Positions 23,432 to 34,333 of a stretch of 64,000 nt of DNA are shown here, one piece after another. Location of the stretch: NCBI GenBank assembly GCA_902510655.1, contig CABXBY010000001.1, positions 29,398 through 93,397 on the forward strand. Reading direction: 5' to 3'. How positions within the stretch are numbered: the first letter of the stretch is position 1; each line of letters starts with the position of its first letter. The stretch comes from an uncultured Bacteroidota bacterium. Its GTDB lineage: Bacteria > Bacteroidota > Bacteroidia > Flavobacteriales > Flavobacteriaceae. The notes below the pieces were generated by a model that saw only the letters and a list, made by a program, of their open reading frames with translations, made no database searches and was not told the DNA's origin. A program made the position numbers and the translations under genes.

Positions 23432-25104
23432 TAATTATCTGTAACACATCCTTTTGATGCATTTGAAACATTTTTGCAATATTTATATAATATTCCGTTT
23501 TTAAACTTAAGTTCTGGTTTAATCCAATTATTTTTTCTTTTTGTCAATTCTTCTTCTGAAATATCTAAAGATATTGAATTAGTAATCGCATCAATAATTA
23601 TGTTATCATTATTTTTTATAAGTGCTATGTTACCTCCGTCTTGAGCTTCAGGACAAATATGACCAACGACAAAACCATGAGTACCACCTGAAAATCTACC
23701 ATCAGTTATTAATGCTACTTCCTTTCCTAATCCACAACCCATTATTGCTGACGTAGGTTTTAACATTTCGGGCATTCCTGGGCCACCCTTTGGACCTACA
23801 TAACGTATAACAACTGTATTACCTTTTTTAACTAATCCATTTTTTATACCATCATTAGCTTCCTGTTCAGAATCAAAAACAATAGCTTTTCCTGAAAATT
23901 TTAAACCTTCTTTTCCAGTAATTTTTGCAACTGACCCTTTTGTAGCTATATTTCCGTATAAGATTCTAATATGTCCAGAATCTTTAATAGGTTCTGAGAT
24001 TGGTTTTATTACATTTTGATTAAAATCTAATGATTTTACATCTTCTAAATTTTCTTTTATTGTTTTTCCAGTAACTGTCATGCAGTCTCCATTTAACAAA
24101 TTATTTTCTAACATATATTTCATTACGGCTGGAATTCCACCAACATCATGAAGATCTTCCATAAGAAATTTTCCGCTAGGCTTTAAATCTGCTAAAAAAG
24201 GAGTCTTTTCTGAAATTTTTTGAAAATCGTCAATTGTAAAATTAATATTAGCACTTTTAGCAATGGCAAGCATGTGAAGAACAGCATTTGTTGATCCTCC
24301 TAAAACTGTTATTAATCTTACAGCATTTTTAATAGATTCTTTAGTAACTATGTCTAAAGGTTTTAAATCAAGATTAATTAAATTAAAAATTGCTTTTCCA
24401 ACTAAATCACATTCTTTAGTTTTTTGAGAACTAGTTGCAGGGTTTGATGAATTATACGGAAGTGACATACCCATTGCCTCTATTGCAGACGACATGGTGT
24501 TTGCAGTATACATTCCACCGCAGGCACCAGCACCTGGACAGGCATTTTTTATAATATTACTAAATTCATTTTCATCAATTTTTCCAGAAACTTTTTCACC
24601 CCAAGCTTCAAATGCCGAAACAACATCAAGTTTCTTTCCATTGTGACACCCTGGAGCAATTGTTCCACCATAAACTAAAATTGATGGTCGATTGAGTCTT
24701 AGCATTGAAATTAATGCACCAGGCATATTTTTATCACAACCAACAACAGTTATTAAAGAATCATAAGCCATTGCTTGTACAACAGTCTCAATTGAATCAG
24801 CGATAATATCACGAGATGGAAGTGAATATCTCATGCCTTGAGTTCCCATTGAAATACCATCACTAACTCCAATTGTATTAAATATTAATCCAATTAATTC
24901 ATTTTTATTAATACCATCTTTAATATTCTTAGAAAGATTATTTAAATGCATATTACAGGGATTACCCTCATAACCAGTACTAGCAATACCAACAAATGGC
25001 TTAGATAAATCCTTAGTAGTTAATCCAATTGCATGAAGCATTGCTTTAGCGGCTGGCTGAGTAGGATCTTGGGTGACGGCTTTACTATATTTATTTAAAA
25101 TCAT
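23431..25104 (-). CDS. ilvD: Dihydroxy-acid dehydratase
   Basis: [52 protein letters not shown]. Confidence 0.97.
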   Translation of the reverse strand: MILNKYSKAVTQDPTQPAAKAMLHAIGLTTKDLSKPFVGIASTGYEGNPCNMHLNNLSKNIKDGINKNELIGLIFNTIGVSDGISMGTQGMRYSLPSRDIIADSIETVVQAMAYDSLITVVGCDKNMPGALISMLRLNRPSILVYGGTIAPGCHNGKKLDVVSAFEAWGEKVSGKIDENEFSNIIKNACPGAGACGGMYTANTMSSAIEAMGMSLPYNSSNPATSSQKTKECDLVGKAIFNLINLDLKPLDIVTKESIKNAVRLITVLGGSTNAVLHMLAIAKSANINFTIDDFQKISEKTPFLADLKPSGKFLMEDLHDVGGIPAVMKYMLENNLLNGDCMTVTGKTIKENLEDVKSLDFNQNVIKPISEPIKDSGHIRILYGNIATKGSVAKITGKEGLKFSGKAIVFDSEQEANDGIKNGLVKKGNTVVIRYVGPKGGPGMPEMLKPTSAIMGCGLGKEVALITDGRFSGGTHGFVVGHICPEAQDGGNIALIKNNDNIIIDAITNSISLDISEEELTKRKNNWIKPELKFKNGILYKYCKNVSNASKGCVTDN

Positions 25105-25108
25105 TTCT

Positions 25109-25139
25109 AAAAAAAAACCCCTTATCTAAAGAGAAGGAG
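25109..25139 (-). terminator. Terminator-like hairpin plus U9 immediately upstream of ilvD (possible attenuator terminator)
   Basis: Minus strand CTCCTTCTCTTTAGATAAGGGG followed by nine T, 4 nt before the ilvD ATG. Confidence 0.4.
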
Positions 25140-25254
25140 CAAAATTTAATACTATATAAAAGTAAACAAAAAATCAATTAATTTACCTCATCATTAATTT
25201 AATTCATATTTTTATCAAAATCATAATTTAATTATTCAAAAAAACCCTTTTTTT

Positions 25255-26637
25255 ATGGATAAATCATTAAAATCAACAATTGACAATCAAAAAAATTATT
25301 TTAAATCAAAAAAAACATATAATGTCGACTTTAGAATTCAAAAATTAAAAGATCTTTTAAATGAGATTAAATCAAGCGAAAAAGAAATAGAATTAGCTTT
25401 ATTTAATGACTTAGGTAAATCAAAAGGAGAAAGTTATTTAACTGAAATACATTTTGTTTATTCCGAAATTAAAATTGCTCTTAGAAATTTAAAAAAATGG
25501 ACCAAAAGAAAAGCTGTTAGATCTACCCTACTAAATTTTCCATCATCTGATTACATAATTGCTGAACCTTATGGAAACACACTCCATATTTCACCTTGGA
25601 ACTACCCTTTTCAATTATCAATTGCTCCACTAATCGGAGCAATAGCAGCTGGAAATACGATTCTTTTAAAACCATCTGAATACTCTGAACAAACAAGTCA
25701 AATATTAAATAAAATTTTAAGTTCAGTTTTTGATAAAGGTCACGTAGATGTTGTTCTCGGCGGTCCTGATATATCAACTAAATTATTAGAATTTAAATGG
25801 GATTATATCTTTTTCACAGGAAGTGTTAGCGTTGGAAAAATTATAGCAAAAGCTGCTGCTACAAACTTAACTCCTACAACTCTTGAACTTGGCGGAAAAA
25901 ACCCTTGTATAGTTGACGAAACTGCTTCAATTAAGGTCACAGCAAAACGAATAGTGTGGGGAAAATTTACAAACTGTGGTCAAACATGTATAGCTCCTGA
26001 TTTTTTAATTGTAAATAAAAAAATAAAAAACGATTTAATTAAAGAATTAATTGCCCAAATTATTAATACCTATAGTGATGATGTTATAAAATGTGAAGAA
26101 TATGGAAGAATTATCAGTGATAAACACATGAAATATCTTAATTCATTGCTCAAGAACGAAAAAATATTGCATGGTGGTAAATTTGATATGGATAGTAAGT
26201 TTTTTGAACCAACAATAGTAGAAGTTGAAAATTTAGATTCTAAAATAATGGAAGATGAAATATTTGGACCAATATTACCTATTATTGAATATAGTGATTT
26301 TAAAGAGGTTGATGAATTAGTAAATAAATATTCACATCCTTTAGCATTATATATTTTTACAAACAGAAGTGAATTTGGAAAAAAATTTTTAGAATCTCAC
26401 CCATTTGGAGGTGGTGCTATTAATGATACTGTTATGCATATAGCAAATGATAGACTGCCTTTTGGAGGAGTTGGACAAAGTGGTATGGGAAAATACCATG
26501 GAGAATCAACATTTGATACATTTTCTCATTTCAAGCCATACATTTCTAAGCCTCTATGGATAGATCCTCCACTGAGATATCCTCCTTTTAAAAATAAGAT
26601 AAGTTTCTTAAAAAAAATATTAAAGTTAATATCATAG
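25255..26637 (+). CDS. Aldehyde dehydrogenase (ALDH3/YwdH-like)
   Basis: SPWNYP, FFTGS, LELGGKNP, GQTCIAPD, EIFGP, PFGGVGQSGMG. Confidence 0.93.
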   Translation: MDKSLKSTIDNQKNYFKSKKTYNVDFRIQKLKDLLNEIKSSEKEIELALFNDLGKSKGESYLTEIHFVYSEIKIALRNLKKWTKRKAVRSTLLNFPSSDYIIAEPYGNTLHISPWNYPFQLSIAPLIGAIAAGNTILLKPSEYSEQTSQILNKILSSVFDKGHVDVVLGGPDISTKLLEFKWDYIFFTGSVSVGKIIAKAAATNLTPTTLELGGKNPCIVDETASIKVTAKRIVWGKFTNCGQTCIAPDFLIVNKKIKNDLIKELIAQIINTYSDDVIKCEEYGRIISDKHMKYLNSLLKNEKILHGGKFDMDSKFFEPTIVEVENLDSKIMEDEIFGPILPIIEYSDFKEVDELVNKYSHPLALYIFTNRSEFGKKFLESHPFGGGAINDTVMHIANDRLPFGGVGQSGMGKYHGESTFDTFSHFKPYISKPLWIDPPLRYPPFKNKISFLKKILKLIS

Positions 26638-26661
26638 ATTTGCGCAAAAATAATACCAAGA

Positions 26662-27388
26662 ATGAAGAAAGAAAAATCCGTTTCTGACGCCATAAAATAT
26701 CGTAGGTCTGTAAGAGTTTTTTAATAATGATGACATCGACCCTGATAAAGTAAAAAAATGCTTATTTAATGCTAGCTTAGCCCCCAACAGTAGTAACCTT
26801 CAATTATGGGAATTTGTTCATGTTAGTGATAAAAAAATTTTAAAAAAATTATCAAAAGCTTGCTTTAATCAAAATGCTGCTAAAACAGCTAATCAATTAG
26901 TTGTTATTGTTGTAAGAAAAGATCTTTGGAAAAAAAGAGCTCAATGGAACGTTGATGTTATTACAAAGCAATCAAAAAATAATGAAATTTCTGAAAAAAG
27001 ATTAAAACAAGCCCATGCTTATTACAAAAAAATTATACCAACATTATACGCTGATTTTTTTGGCATTTTTGGAGTAATTAAAAGTATAATATTTCAAATT
27101 ATTGGATTGTTCAGACCAACCATGAGACAGGTTACTAGTTCAGACACTAGAATTGTTGCACACAAAAGCGCTGGATTAGCAGCTCAAAACTTTATGTTAA
27201 GTATGTCAGGAATTGGTTATGACACTTGCCCTATGGAGGGATCAGATACTTTAATGGTAAAAAACATTTTAAATCTTCCATATAATTCTGAAATAAATAT
27301 GGTTATAGGGTGTGGAATTAGAACAAAGGAAGGGATTTATGGAGATCAATTAAGAGTTCCTTTTAAAGATGTATATCGTTATATTTGA
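26662..27388 (+). pseudogene. Nitroreductase family protein interrupted by a +1 frameshift
   Basis: MKKEKSVSDAIKYRRSVRVF ends at TAA 26722-26724 after a T6 run. The +1 frame continues NNDDIDPDKV...LAPNSSNLQLWEF and joins ORF 27107..27388 (AAQNFML...GYDTCPMEG). Confidence 0.85.
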
Positions 27389-27400
27389 CAAATTTTATCA

Positions 27401-27871
27401 ATGAACACATCTCTTTTCAAAGAAATATGTAGTACTTATGCTACAGGAGTTACTATAATTACTTCTAAAGACAATAATAAAGATTATGGATTTACAGCTA
27501 ATTCATTTACTTCTGTTTCTATTGATCCACTATTAGTTTTATTTTGTTTAAACAAAGAAGCTAAATCAAATATTGCTTTAAAAAAAAATAGTTTTTTTAA
27601 TGTAAGTATCTTAAGTAATGTTCAAAAAGATATTTGTTATCAGTTTGCTAATAATAAATTAAGTCAAAAAGAAAGGTTTAGTGGAATTAAAACAACTGAA
27701 TCCAAAAATAATATAAAAATAATATCAAATTCTTGTTCTTTCCTAGAATGTAAAATAATAGACACAATAAGTGCTGGAGACCACTTTATATATATTGGTA
27801 AATGTTTGAGTGGTGAAATAAATAAATCTAAGTTAAATCCTTTAATATATCATGAAGGAAAAACACTATAA
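27401..27871 (+). CDS. Flavin reductase family protein
   Basis: YATGVTIIT, GFTANSFTSVSIDP, AGDHFIYIG, PLIYHEG. Confidence 0.92.
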   Translation: MNTSLFKEICSTYATGVTIITSKDNNKDYGFTANSFTSVSIDPLLVLFCLNKEAKSNIALKKNSFFNVSILSNVQKDICYQFANNKLSQKERFSGIKTTESKNNIKIISNSCSFLECKIIDTISAGDHFIYIGKCLSGEINKSKLNPLIYHEGKTL

Positions 27872-29818
27872 ATTATCTAACCCCTCTTTTAACCAATTTA
27901 AGTATTTGTCTTTGGAAGTGTACTGTATTGGTTTATTGAGTATTCTTAAATCATTATCTAAAAGCACATAATACGGTTGCGAAGCACTTTTGAAGTTAAT
28001 TGCTTGAAAGGTAGCTCCTTTCTCTCCTACTGTTTTAATAATTTTTTCTTTACCAGACTTGTATTTTAATGTAATGAAATCTTTGACTTCTAACTCCTTT
28101 CTATCATCAACATAAAGTGATATTAAAACAAAATTATCATTAATCAAATTATAAACTTCAGGATCAGTCCAAACGTTTTCTTCAATCCTCCTACAATTTA
28201 CACATGCCCATCCAGTAAAATCTAATAATATTGGTTTGTTTTGAGATTTAGCGTAACTAAGACCTGAATCAAAGTCTTTAAAGCAAGTAAAGCCCAAAGG
28301 ACAATCATTTGACTTACTATAAATGGAATAAAATGCTGGAGGGGTAAATCCACTTAATATTCTAGCTTTATCAGAACCGTTTTGTAACAAAGCTGGAAAA
28401 AGATAAACAGAAAAACCTAAAACAAAAAAACCTAGAATAAGATTAAATTTTGATGTTATAACATTTTTACTCTCATGTGGGAATTTATATAAACCTAATA
28501 AATACAAAGACAAAGAAAAAGAAATTAATACCCATATTCCAATAAAAACTTCTCTTTTAAGTATCCCCCAATGTTCAACTAAATCGGCGTTAGACAAAAA
28601 CTTGAAAGCAAAACCTAATTCTAAAAAACCTAAAATTACTTTAAACGTATTCATCCATCTCCCAGATTTAGGAAGAGTAGTTAGCAAATTTGGGAATAAA
28701 GCAAAAATTGTAAATGGTAAAGCTAAAGCTACTCCAAAACCTAACATCCCTATGGTTAACTGAATTGCGCCCCCTTGAGATGAAATTGAACCAACTAACA
28801 AAGAACCTAAAATTGGACCAGTACAGGAAAACGATACTAATACCAAAGTTAATGCCATAAAAAAAATTCCTATATAGCCACCAACAGAGTTAGATTTTGA
28901 GTCAATTGAATTAACCCATTTTGAAGGGATTGTTATTTCATAGAAACCAAAAAATGAAAACGCAAACAAAATAAAGACTACAAAAAAGAAGATATTCAAT
29001 CCTGCATTTGTTGATATACTGTTTAATATTTCTGGATCAATTGAATCAAGAAAATGAAAAGGAATACTTAAGGACAAATAGATACCAACTATAAATAGAC
29101 CGTATATAATTGCATTGAACTTGGAATTCTGTTCAGATTTGTTATTTGTAAAGAACGAAACAGTCAGTGGAATCATTGGAAAAACACATGGTGTAAGAAG
29201 TGCTAATAAACCACCAATAAATCCAAGTATAAATAGATTTAAATATGAACTAGAAGTCAAAGCTGAACTATCGTTAATTGTAGATAATAATTCCGTGTTT
29301 TTTAAATCAATTGCTAATGCATTGTTGTTTTCATAGATATCGGATGTTAAATCTATATTTTCAATAGCTAATGTTGATCCGTCAAAATTAAAAATAAGAT
29401 TTGCTTCTCTAAAAATACATACAACGTCGTCACAAGCCTGATATGCAATTACAGCAGAGATATTATAAATAATTTTATTAGTCTCAATTAATTGTGTGAA
29501 AGTTGATTGATTTTCAAAATAAGATTGTTCAATCTGAAAAATAGGATCAAATTTTGTTATTGATTGAGACTCACTAACATCTCCAATTAATTTAACGGAT
29601 TGTGATTTATTATCAAAAATAAACTCTGTTGGAATCGCTCCCCCAGATAATAAGTTCTGTGAATATAACCTCCACTTTTTCTGAATGTTAGCTGTGGTAA
29701 TTAGTTCAAAAGTGTTTTCAGAAATCTTATTTACCTTAGTCTCAAAAGTTATTGGATCCTGAGAATAACCAAGAAAACTTAGAGTTAAAAATAATATTAC
29801 TAAAAAATTATTTTTCAA
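27866..29818 (-). CDS. dsbD: Thiol:disulfide interchange protein DsbD-like
   Basis: YQACDDVVC, LLTPCVFPMIP, SFSCTGPILG, thioredoxin WACVNC. Confidence 0.9.
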   Translation of the reverse strand: MKNNFLVILFLTLSFLGYSQDPITFETKVNKISENTFELITTANIQKKWRLYSQNLLSGGAIPTEFIFDNKSQSVKLIGDVSESQSITKFDPIFQIEQSYFENQSTFTQLIETNKIIYNISAVIAYQACDDVVCIFREANLIFNFDGSTLAIENIDLTSDIYENNNALAIDLKNTELLSTINDSSALTSSSYLNLFILGFIGGLLALLTPCVFPMIPLTVSFFTNNKSEQNSKFNAIIYGLFIVGIYLSLSIPFHFLDSIDPEILNSISTNAGLNIFFFVVFILFAFSFFGFYEITIPSKWVNSIDSKSNSVGGYIGIFFMALTLVLVSFSCTGPILGSLLVGSISSQGGAIQLTIGMLGFGVALALPFTIFALFPNLLTTLPKSGRWMNTFKVILGFLELGFAFKFLSNADLVEHWGILKREVFIGIWVLISFSLSLYLLGLYKFPHESKNVITSKFNLILGFFVLGFSVYLFPALLQNGSDKARILSGFTPPAFYSIYSKSNDCPLGFTCFKDFDSGLSYAKSQNKPILLDFTGWACVNCRRIEENVWTDPEVYNLINDNFVLISLYVDDRKELEVKDFITLKYKSGKEKIIKTVGEKGATFQAINFKSASQPYYVLLDNDLRILNKPIQYTSKDKYLNWLKEGLDNL

Positions 29819-31094
29819 AGAATGATATTTTTAAATTAGAATCAGTGTCAGTATACTTTCTTCTATCAAATCTTATGCCAATTACCCATAAAATATGATC
29901 TTGATCAGTTAGCACATATTGTTTATCTTTTTCAAATTTAGACAGCTTATTGTCTTTTAATAATTTAGACACTAATTTTTTTCCATTCATGCCTGTTGGA
30001 TAAATCAAATCACCGGGTTGACATTTTCTGATTATTAAAGGAAATTTAATTTGATCTTTAATTAAGTATAAAGATTTTTTGTCATTAACGTAATTACCTT
30101 CTTCTACTAATATATTTTCTGGAAACAAGAAATCACTTTGGTTATTATAAAAATAATCTATTTTAATATTTTTAGTATTTTTTTTAATTATTAGATGTGT
30201 CCTATTGCTTAAAATAGAATATAGTTTAGAAGTAATAATTTTTCCAGTTTCAGCTTTACATAAACTAACAATTTGATCTGTGTTTTTAAATCCATAATCA
30301 GTAAACAAATTAAAAATCATTACACTTGACAAATTTTTTAGTGCTGTTTTTAAGATTAAAATTTCATCATTTTTAGTTTTAAAATTAATGGACTTAAAAT
30401 TTTCTGTATGTTCTTTTAAGATTAAATTAGATTCATTTAGACGAGCTAAGGTTTTAGAAAAGTTACTTGTAAAATTAGAATCAATATCACTTAAGACTGG
30501 AACTAACTTATTACGAATTTTATTTCTCAAATAATCGTTTTTTAAGTTAGAAGAATCTTCTCTCCATTTAATATTAATATCATTAGCATAATCAATTATT
30601 TGAGATTTATTAAAGGGCAGTAAAGGTCGAACTACTTTATTATTAATTGAATTTATACCGGTAAGACCATCAATTCCAGTAGATCTAGTTAAATTAATCA
30701 AAAATGTTTCTATAGAATCATTTAAATGATGAGCAGTTAATATAAAATCATATTTATATAACTCAAGTAATTCATAAAACCAATCATACCTTAATTTTCT
30801 AGCAGCCATTTGGACTGAATGCTTAGGTATATTAATATTAAAATCTTTTGAATAAAACGGGACAGATATTTTATTGCATAAATTTTCAACAAAAAAACTA
30901 TCATCATCACTTTCTTTATGCCTCAATTTAAAATTACAATGTGCAACTCCAATTTTATAATTCATTTTATTTAAAAGGTGCAAAAGAACCACACTGTCAA
31001 TACCTCCACTAACACAAACCAATAATTTTTTGCCATGTAAAAAAGACAAATCATTATCAATGTGTTTATTAATTAGATCTAACATTCTTAACAA
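29808..31094 (-). CDS. tilS: tRNA(Ile)-lysidine synthetase
   Basis: SGGIDS, AARKLRY, TAHHLND, RPLL, WREDSSN, RNKIR. Confidence 0.95.
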   Translation of the reverse strand: MLRMLDLINKHIDNDLSFLHGKKLLVCVSGGIDSVVLLHLLNKMNYKIGVAHCNFKLRHKESDDDSFFVENLCNKISVPFYSKDFNINIPKHSVQMAARKLRYDWFYELLELYKYDFILTAHHLNDSIETFLINLTRSTGIDGLTGINSINNKVVRPLLPFNKSQIIDYANDINIKWREDSSNLKNDYLRNKIRNKLVPVLSDIDSNFTSNFSKTLARLNESNLILKEHTENFKSINFKTKNDEILILKTALKNLSSVMIFNLFTDYGFKNTDQIVSLCKAETGKIITSKLYSILSNRTHLIIKKNTKNIKIDYFYNNQSDFLFPENILVEEGNYVNDKKSLYLIKDQIKFPLIIRKCQPGDLIYPTGMNGKKLVSKLLKDNKLSKFEKDKQYVLTDQDHILWVIGIRFDRRKYTDTDSNLKISFFEK

Positions 31095-31118
31095 TATTAC
31101 ATTAAAAAAGCATATAAA

Positions 31119-32420
31119 TTAAGTTAATGATAAAATCATTGCTTTACCTTTTAACAAGCATTCATCATATTCGTTTACCCCTTTTGATTTAGCAGTAATA
31201 GCACTACCAACATGAAAAGACAAGTGTTTACTCTCAGAATCATATATAAGTGACCTTATTACTACATTAAAATCAAAATTACCATAAGGATCTATAAAAC
31301 CAACAGCTCCACTGTAAAGCCCTCTTTTTGTTTCCTCTAGTTCATCAATTATTTTCATTGCTTTAACTTTAGGAGCTCCAGTCATACTGCCCATTGGAAA
31401 ACTACCCTCAATTATTTTACTAATTTTCAAAGAAGAATCAACTTTAGATTCAATTGTAGAAATCATTTGATGAACTTGTTTAAAAGGATAAACCTCACAT
31501 AATTCCTTAACCTTAACAGAACCTGGTTTTGAAAATCTTGACATATCATTTCTTACTAAATCTACAATCATTATATTTTCAGACCTTTCTTTAGGATCAA
31601 GGCTTAAATTATCTTTTAATTTTTTGTCAATAACAAAATCTATATCTCTTCTACTTGTACCTTTAATGGGTTGACTAATTAGTTTGTTATTATTTCTTTT
31701 TAAATATCTTTCTGGAGAAGAGCAAATTAAATGTAATTTTTTGTTTTTAAAATAAACACTCATCGGAGATTTAGATATTTTATTAAGATTTTTATAAACG
31801 TAAAGTGGATTTATTTTAGCATGTTCACTAAACCACTCAAAACAAAAGTTAGCTTCATATACATCTCCTCTATTAATATGGTTTTTTAATACATCTATCT
31901 TATTTAAATATTGTTCTTTATTAAGTTTTTGGCTTAGTTTAGGAGGATTAAAAGGATTGTTTTCATTTTTACAATTCAAATTATTAATAGTGTTCCAATC
32001 TTCAATAATTAAATTAGATTCTAAATACAAAGCTTCAACATAATCATTTTTTATTATCCATATTTTTTTTGGCTGATAAAAATATAGATTAGGTAAGTTA
32101 AAATTGTCAGGATTATTACTTTTTAAATTTTCAATCTCATTTTTTAAATCATAATTTAAATATCCGAATACCCAGTCATCAACTTTTTTTAAATAATTAT
32201 CCAGTTTTTGTGTGGAATTATTTTTTGTAAAAGGTATCTCCGACTCCAGTTCAACAGCACATATGCACTCATATTGTTTAATATTAGAACTGTAGTTGTT
32301 TGAATTTAAAAATGAAGAGTAAGTAAACTTATTTGACCACTTTAATAATTTATCTCTAAAAAGATTTAAATCTTCAAGTTTAAATTTTTTAGAAAATCTT
32401 TTCAATTTTTTTTTCTTCAA
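31119..32420 (-). CDS. pabB: Aminodeoxychorismate synthase component I (anthranilate synthase I family)
   Basis: GDVYEAN, SSPERY, PIKGT, KERSENIMIVDLVRND, FPMGSMTGAPK, RGLYSG. Confidence 0.88.
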   Translation of the reverse strand: MKKKKLKRFSKKFKLEDLNLFRDKLLKWSNKFTYSSFLNSNNYSSNIKQYECICAVELESEIPFTKNNSTQKLDNYLKKVDDWVFGYLNYDLKNEIENLKSNNPDNFNLPNLYFYQPKKIWIIKNDYVEALYLESNLIIEDWNTINNLNCKNENNPFNPPKLSQKLNKEQYLNKIDVLKNHINRGDVYEANFCFEWFSEHAKINPLYVYKNLNKISKSPMSVYFKNKKLHLICSSPERYLKRNNNKLISQPIKGTSRRDIDFVIDKKLKDNLSLDPKERSENIMIVDLVRNDMSRFSKPGSVKVKELCEVYPFKQVHQMISTIESKVDSSLKISKIIEGSFPMGSMTGAPKVKAMKIIDELEETKRGLYSGAVGFIDPYGNFDFNVVIRSLIYDSESKHLSFHVGSAITAKSKGVNEYDECLLKGKAMILSLT

Positions 32421-32463
32421 ATTTACTTAATTGTTTTTTTTAAAATATATTTTGTTTGTTAAA

Positions 32464-32471
32464 TATTTTTG
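32464..32471 (+). promoter_or_regulatory. -7 promoter element (TATTTTTG) of the arg operon leader
   Basis: TAnnTTTG consensus 14 bp before the leader ORF. Confidence 0.5.
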
Positions 32472-32485
32472 TAGACATTTACAAT

Positions 32486-32569
32486 GTGATTAACAATAGA
32501 TATTTTAATTTTTCTTTAAACGCACCGGCTGTCCGTCGTGCCCGCCCTTTTGGGTATATATCTATTTAG
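32486..32569 (+). CDS. Putative arg-operon leader peptide (MINNRYFNFSLNAPAVRRARPFGYISI)
   Basis: GTG-started 27-aa ORF containing CGT CGT GCC CGC in a GC-rich patch, followed directly by a hairpin. Confidence 0.6.
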   Translation: MINNRYFNFSLNAPAVRRARPFGYISI

Positions 32570-32591
32570 GAAACTAGGTGAGTCCAGTTTC
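32570..32591 (+). promoter_or_regulatory. Leader hairpin (possible attenuator/terminator)
   Basis: GAAACT-A-GG-TGAGT-CC-AGTTTC stem-loop between the leader stop codon and the first arg gene. Confidence 0.55.
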
Positions 32592-32626
32592 ATTTCAATT
32601 CATTCTTAACTAAAACTTTAAACATC

Positions 32627-33151
32627 TTGGAAATTACTGTTGCTTCATTGAAGCATATAAAATATTGTGATATTATATCAAAATCTATTAGTTCTTCAGC
32701 AAAGACTAGAGGAACAGGAATAGCTTTAAGATCGCCTGAATACATTAGAAAAAAAATTGAAAATGGCAATGCAGTTATTGCAATCAAAGAAAATGATTTT
32801 GCTGGGTTTTGTTATATAGAAATATGGGGGCACGGAAAATATGTTGCTCATTCAGGACTGATTGTTAATCCGTTATTTAGAGGAAAAGGGCTTGCAAAAA
32901 AAATTAAAAAATTAACATTTGAACATTCAATTTATAAATATCCAAACGCTAAGATATTTGGAATTACTACTGGGTTACCCGTTATGAAAATAAATTATCA
33001 ATTAGGTTATAAGCCAGTAACATTTTCTGAGTTAACAAGCGATGAAGAATTTTGGAAAGGATGTCAAACATGTAAAAATTATGACGTTTTAAACAGAACA
33101 AATAAATCCATGTGTCTTTGCACTGGGATGCTTTATGAACCAAAAAAATAA
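32627..33151 (+). CDS. GNAT acyltransferase, probable N-acyl-glutamate synthase (ArgA-like)
   Basis: First gene of the arg operon; acyl-CoA motif FRGKGLAK; FWKGCQTC...CLC. Confidence 0.8.
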   Translation: MEITVASLKHIKYCDIISKSISSSAKTRGTGIALRSPEYIRKKIENGNAVIAIKENDFAGFCYIEIWGHGKYVAHSGLIVNPLFRGKGLAKKIKKLTFEHSIYKYPNAKIFGITTGLPVMKINYQLGYKPVTFSELTSDEEFWKGCQTCKNYDVLNRTNKSMCLCTGMLYEPKK

Positions 33152-33154
33152 ATC

Positions 33155-34333
33155 ATGAAAAAAATAGTACTTGCTTACAGTGGAGGATTGGACACTTCTT
33201 ATTGCTTAAAAAAATTATCAATTGACAACGAAGTTCATGCTGTAAACGTCAATACTGGCGGTTATACAATTGAAGAATCTAATAAAATTAAAGAAAAAGC
33301 AATCAAATTAGGAGCTTATTCGTTTACAACTATTGATGCAGTTGATTTATTTTACAACACAATAATTAAATATCTAGTTTTTGGAAACGTATTGAGAAAC
33401 AATACATATCCCCTATCGGTAAGTTCTGAAAGAACAATCCAAGCTATGGAAATAGTAAATTATGCTAAAAAAAACAAAGCAACTCATATAGCTCACGGAA
33501 GTACAGGTGCAGGAAATGATCAAGTTAGATTTGATACGATATTTCAGATACTTGCACCAGAAATAAAAATATTATCACCAATAAGAGATTTAAAATTAAC
33601 AAGAGAGGAAGAAATTGATTATTTAAACCAGCAAGGAATAAAATTATCATGGGAAAAAGCTAAATATTCAATTAATAAAGGGCTCTGGGGAACGAGTGTA
33701 GGTGGGGATGAAACTTTGACTTCAGATTTAAAATTACCAAGTTCAGCATATCCAGGAAATTTAAAAAACAAAGATTCTAAAGAAATAACCCTAACATTTA
33801 AAAATGGAGAAATAAGTGGGATAAATGGAGAAAAATATGATTCAGTCACATGTATTGAATTAATTTCAAAACAATGCGACGATTACTGTATTGGAAGAGA
33901 TATTCATGTTGGTGACAGTATTATTGGAATTAAAGGAAGGGTAGGATTTCAAGCTGGCGGACCTATGTTGATAATAAAATCCCATCATCTTCTTGAAAAA
34001 CACACATTAACAAAATGGCAACAGTTCCAAAAAGATCAACTTTCTAATTTCTATGGAATGCACTTACACGAGGGTCAATATTTAGATCCTGTTTTAAGAG
34101 ATATTGAAAGTTTTCTTCAAAGTAGCCAAAACAATGTTAATGGAGATGTTCATGTTACATTACACCCATTCAGATTTGAATTAAATGGAATTTGTTCTAA
34201 AAATGACTTAATGAACAGAAAATTCGGAACATATGGAGAGATTAATAATAAATGGTCTGCAGATGATGCGAAAGGCTTTATAAAGATAGTTTCAAATCAA
34301 AATAAAATACATCAATATGTCAACAAAAAATAA
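33155..34333 (+). CDS. argG: Argininosuccinate synthase
   Basis: LAYSGGLDTS, AHGSTGAGNDQVRF, GIKGR. Confidence 0.96.
   Translation: MKKIVLAYSGGLDTSYCLKKLSIDNEVHAVNVNTGGYTIEESNKIKEKAIKLGAYSFTTIDAVDLFYNTIIKYLVFGNVLRNNTYPLSVSSERTIQAMEIVNYAKKNKATHIAHGSTGAGNDQVRFDTIFQILAPEIKILSPIRDLKLTREEEIDYLNQQGIKLSWEKAKYSINKGLWGTSVGGDETLTSDLKLPSSAYPGNLKNKDSKEITLTFKNGEISGINGEKYDSVTCIELISKQCDDYCIGRDIHVGDSIIGIKGRVGFQAGGPMLIIKSHHLLEKHTLTKWQQFQKDQLSNFYGMHLHEGQYLDPVLRDIESFLQSSQNNVNGDVHVTLHPFRFELNGICSKNDLMNRKFGTYGEINNKWSADDAKGFIKIVSNQNKIHQYVNKK

Noticed and set aside
27107..27388. 93-aa ORF as a standalone gene
   Set aside because: It is the C-terminal part of the frameshifted nitroreductase starting at 26662.
32590..32787. 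65-aa minus-strand ORF at the start of the arg operon
   Set aside because: Antisense to the GNAT gene; the plus-strand leader explains the region better.
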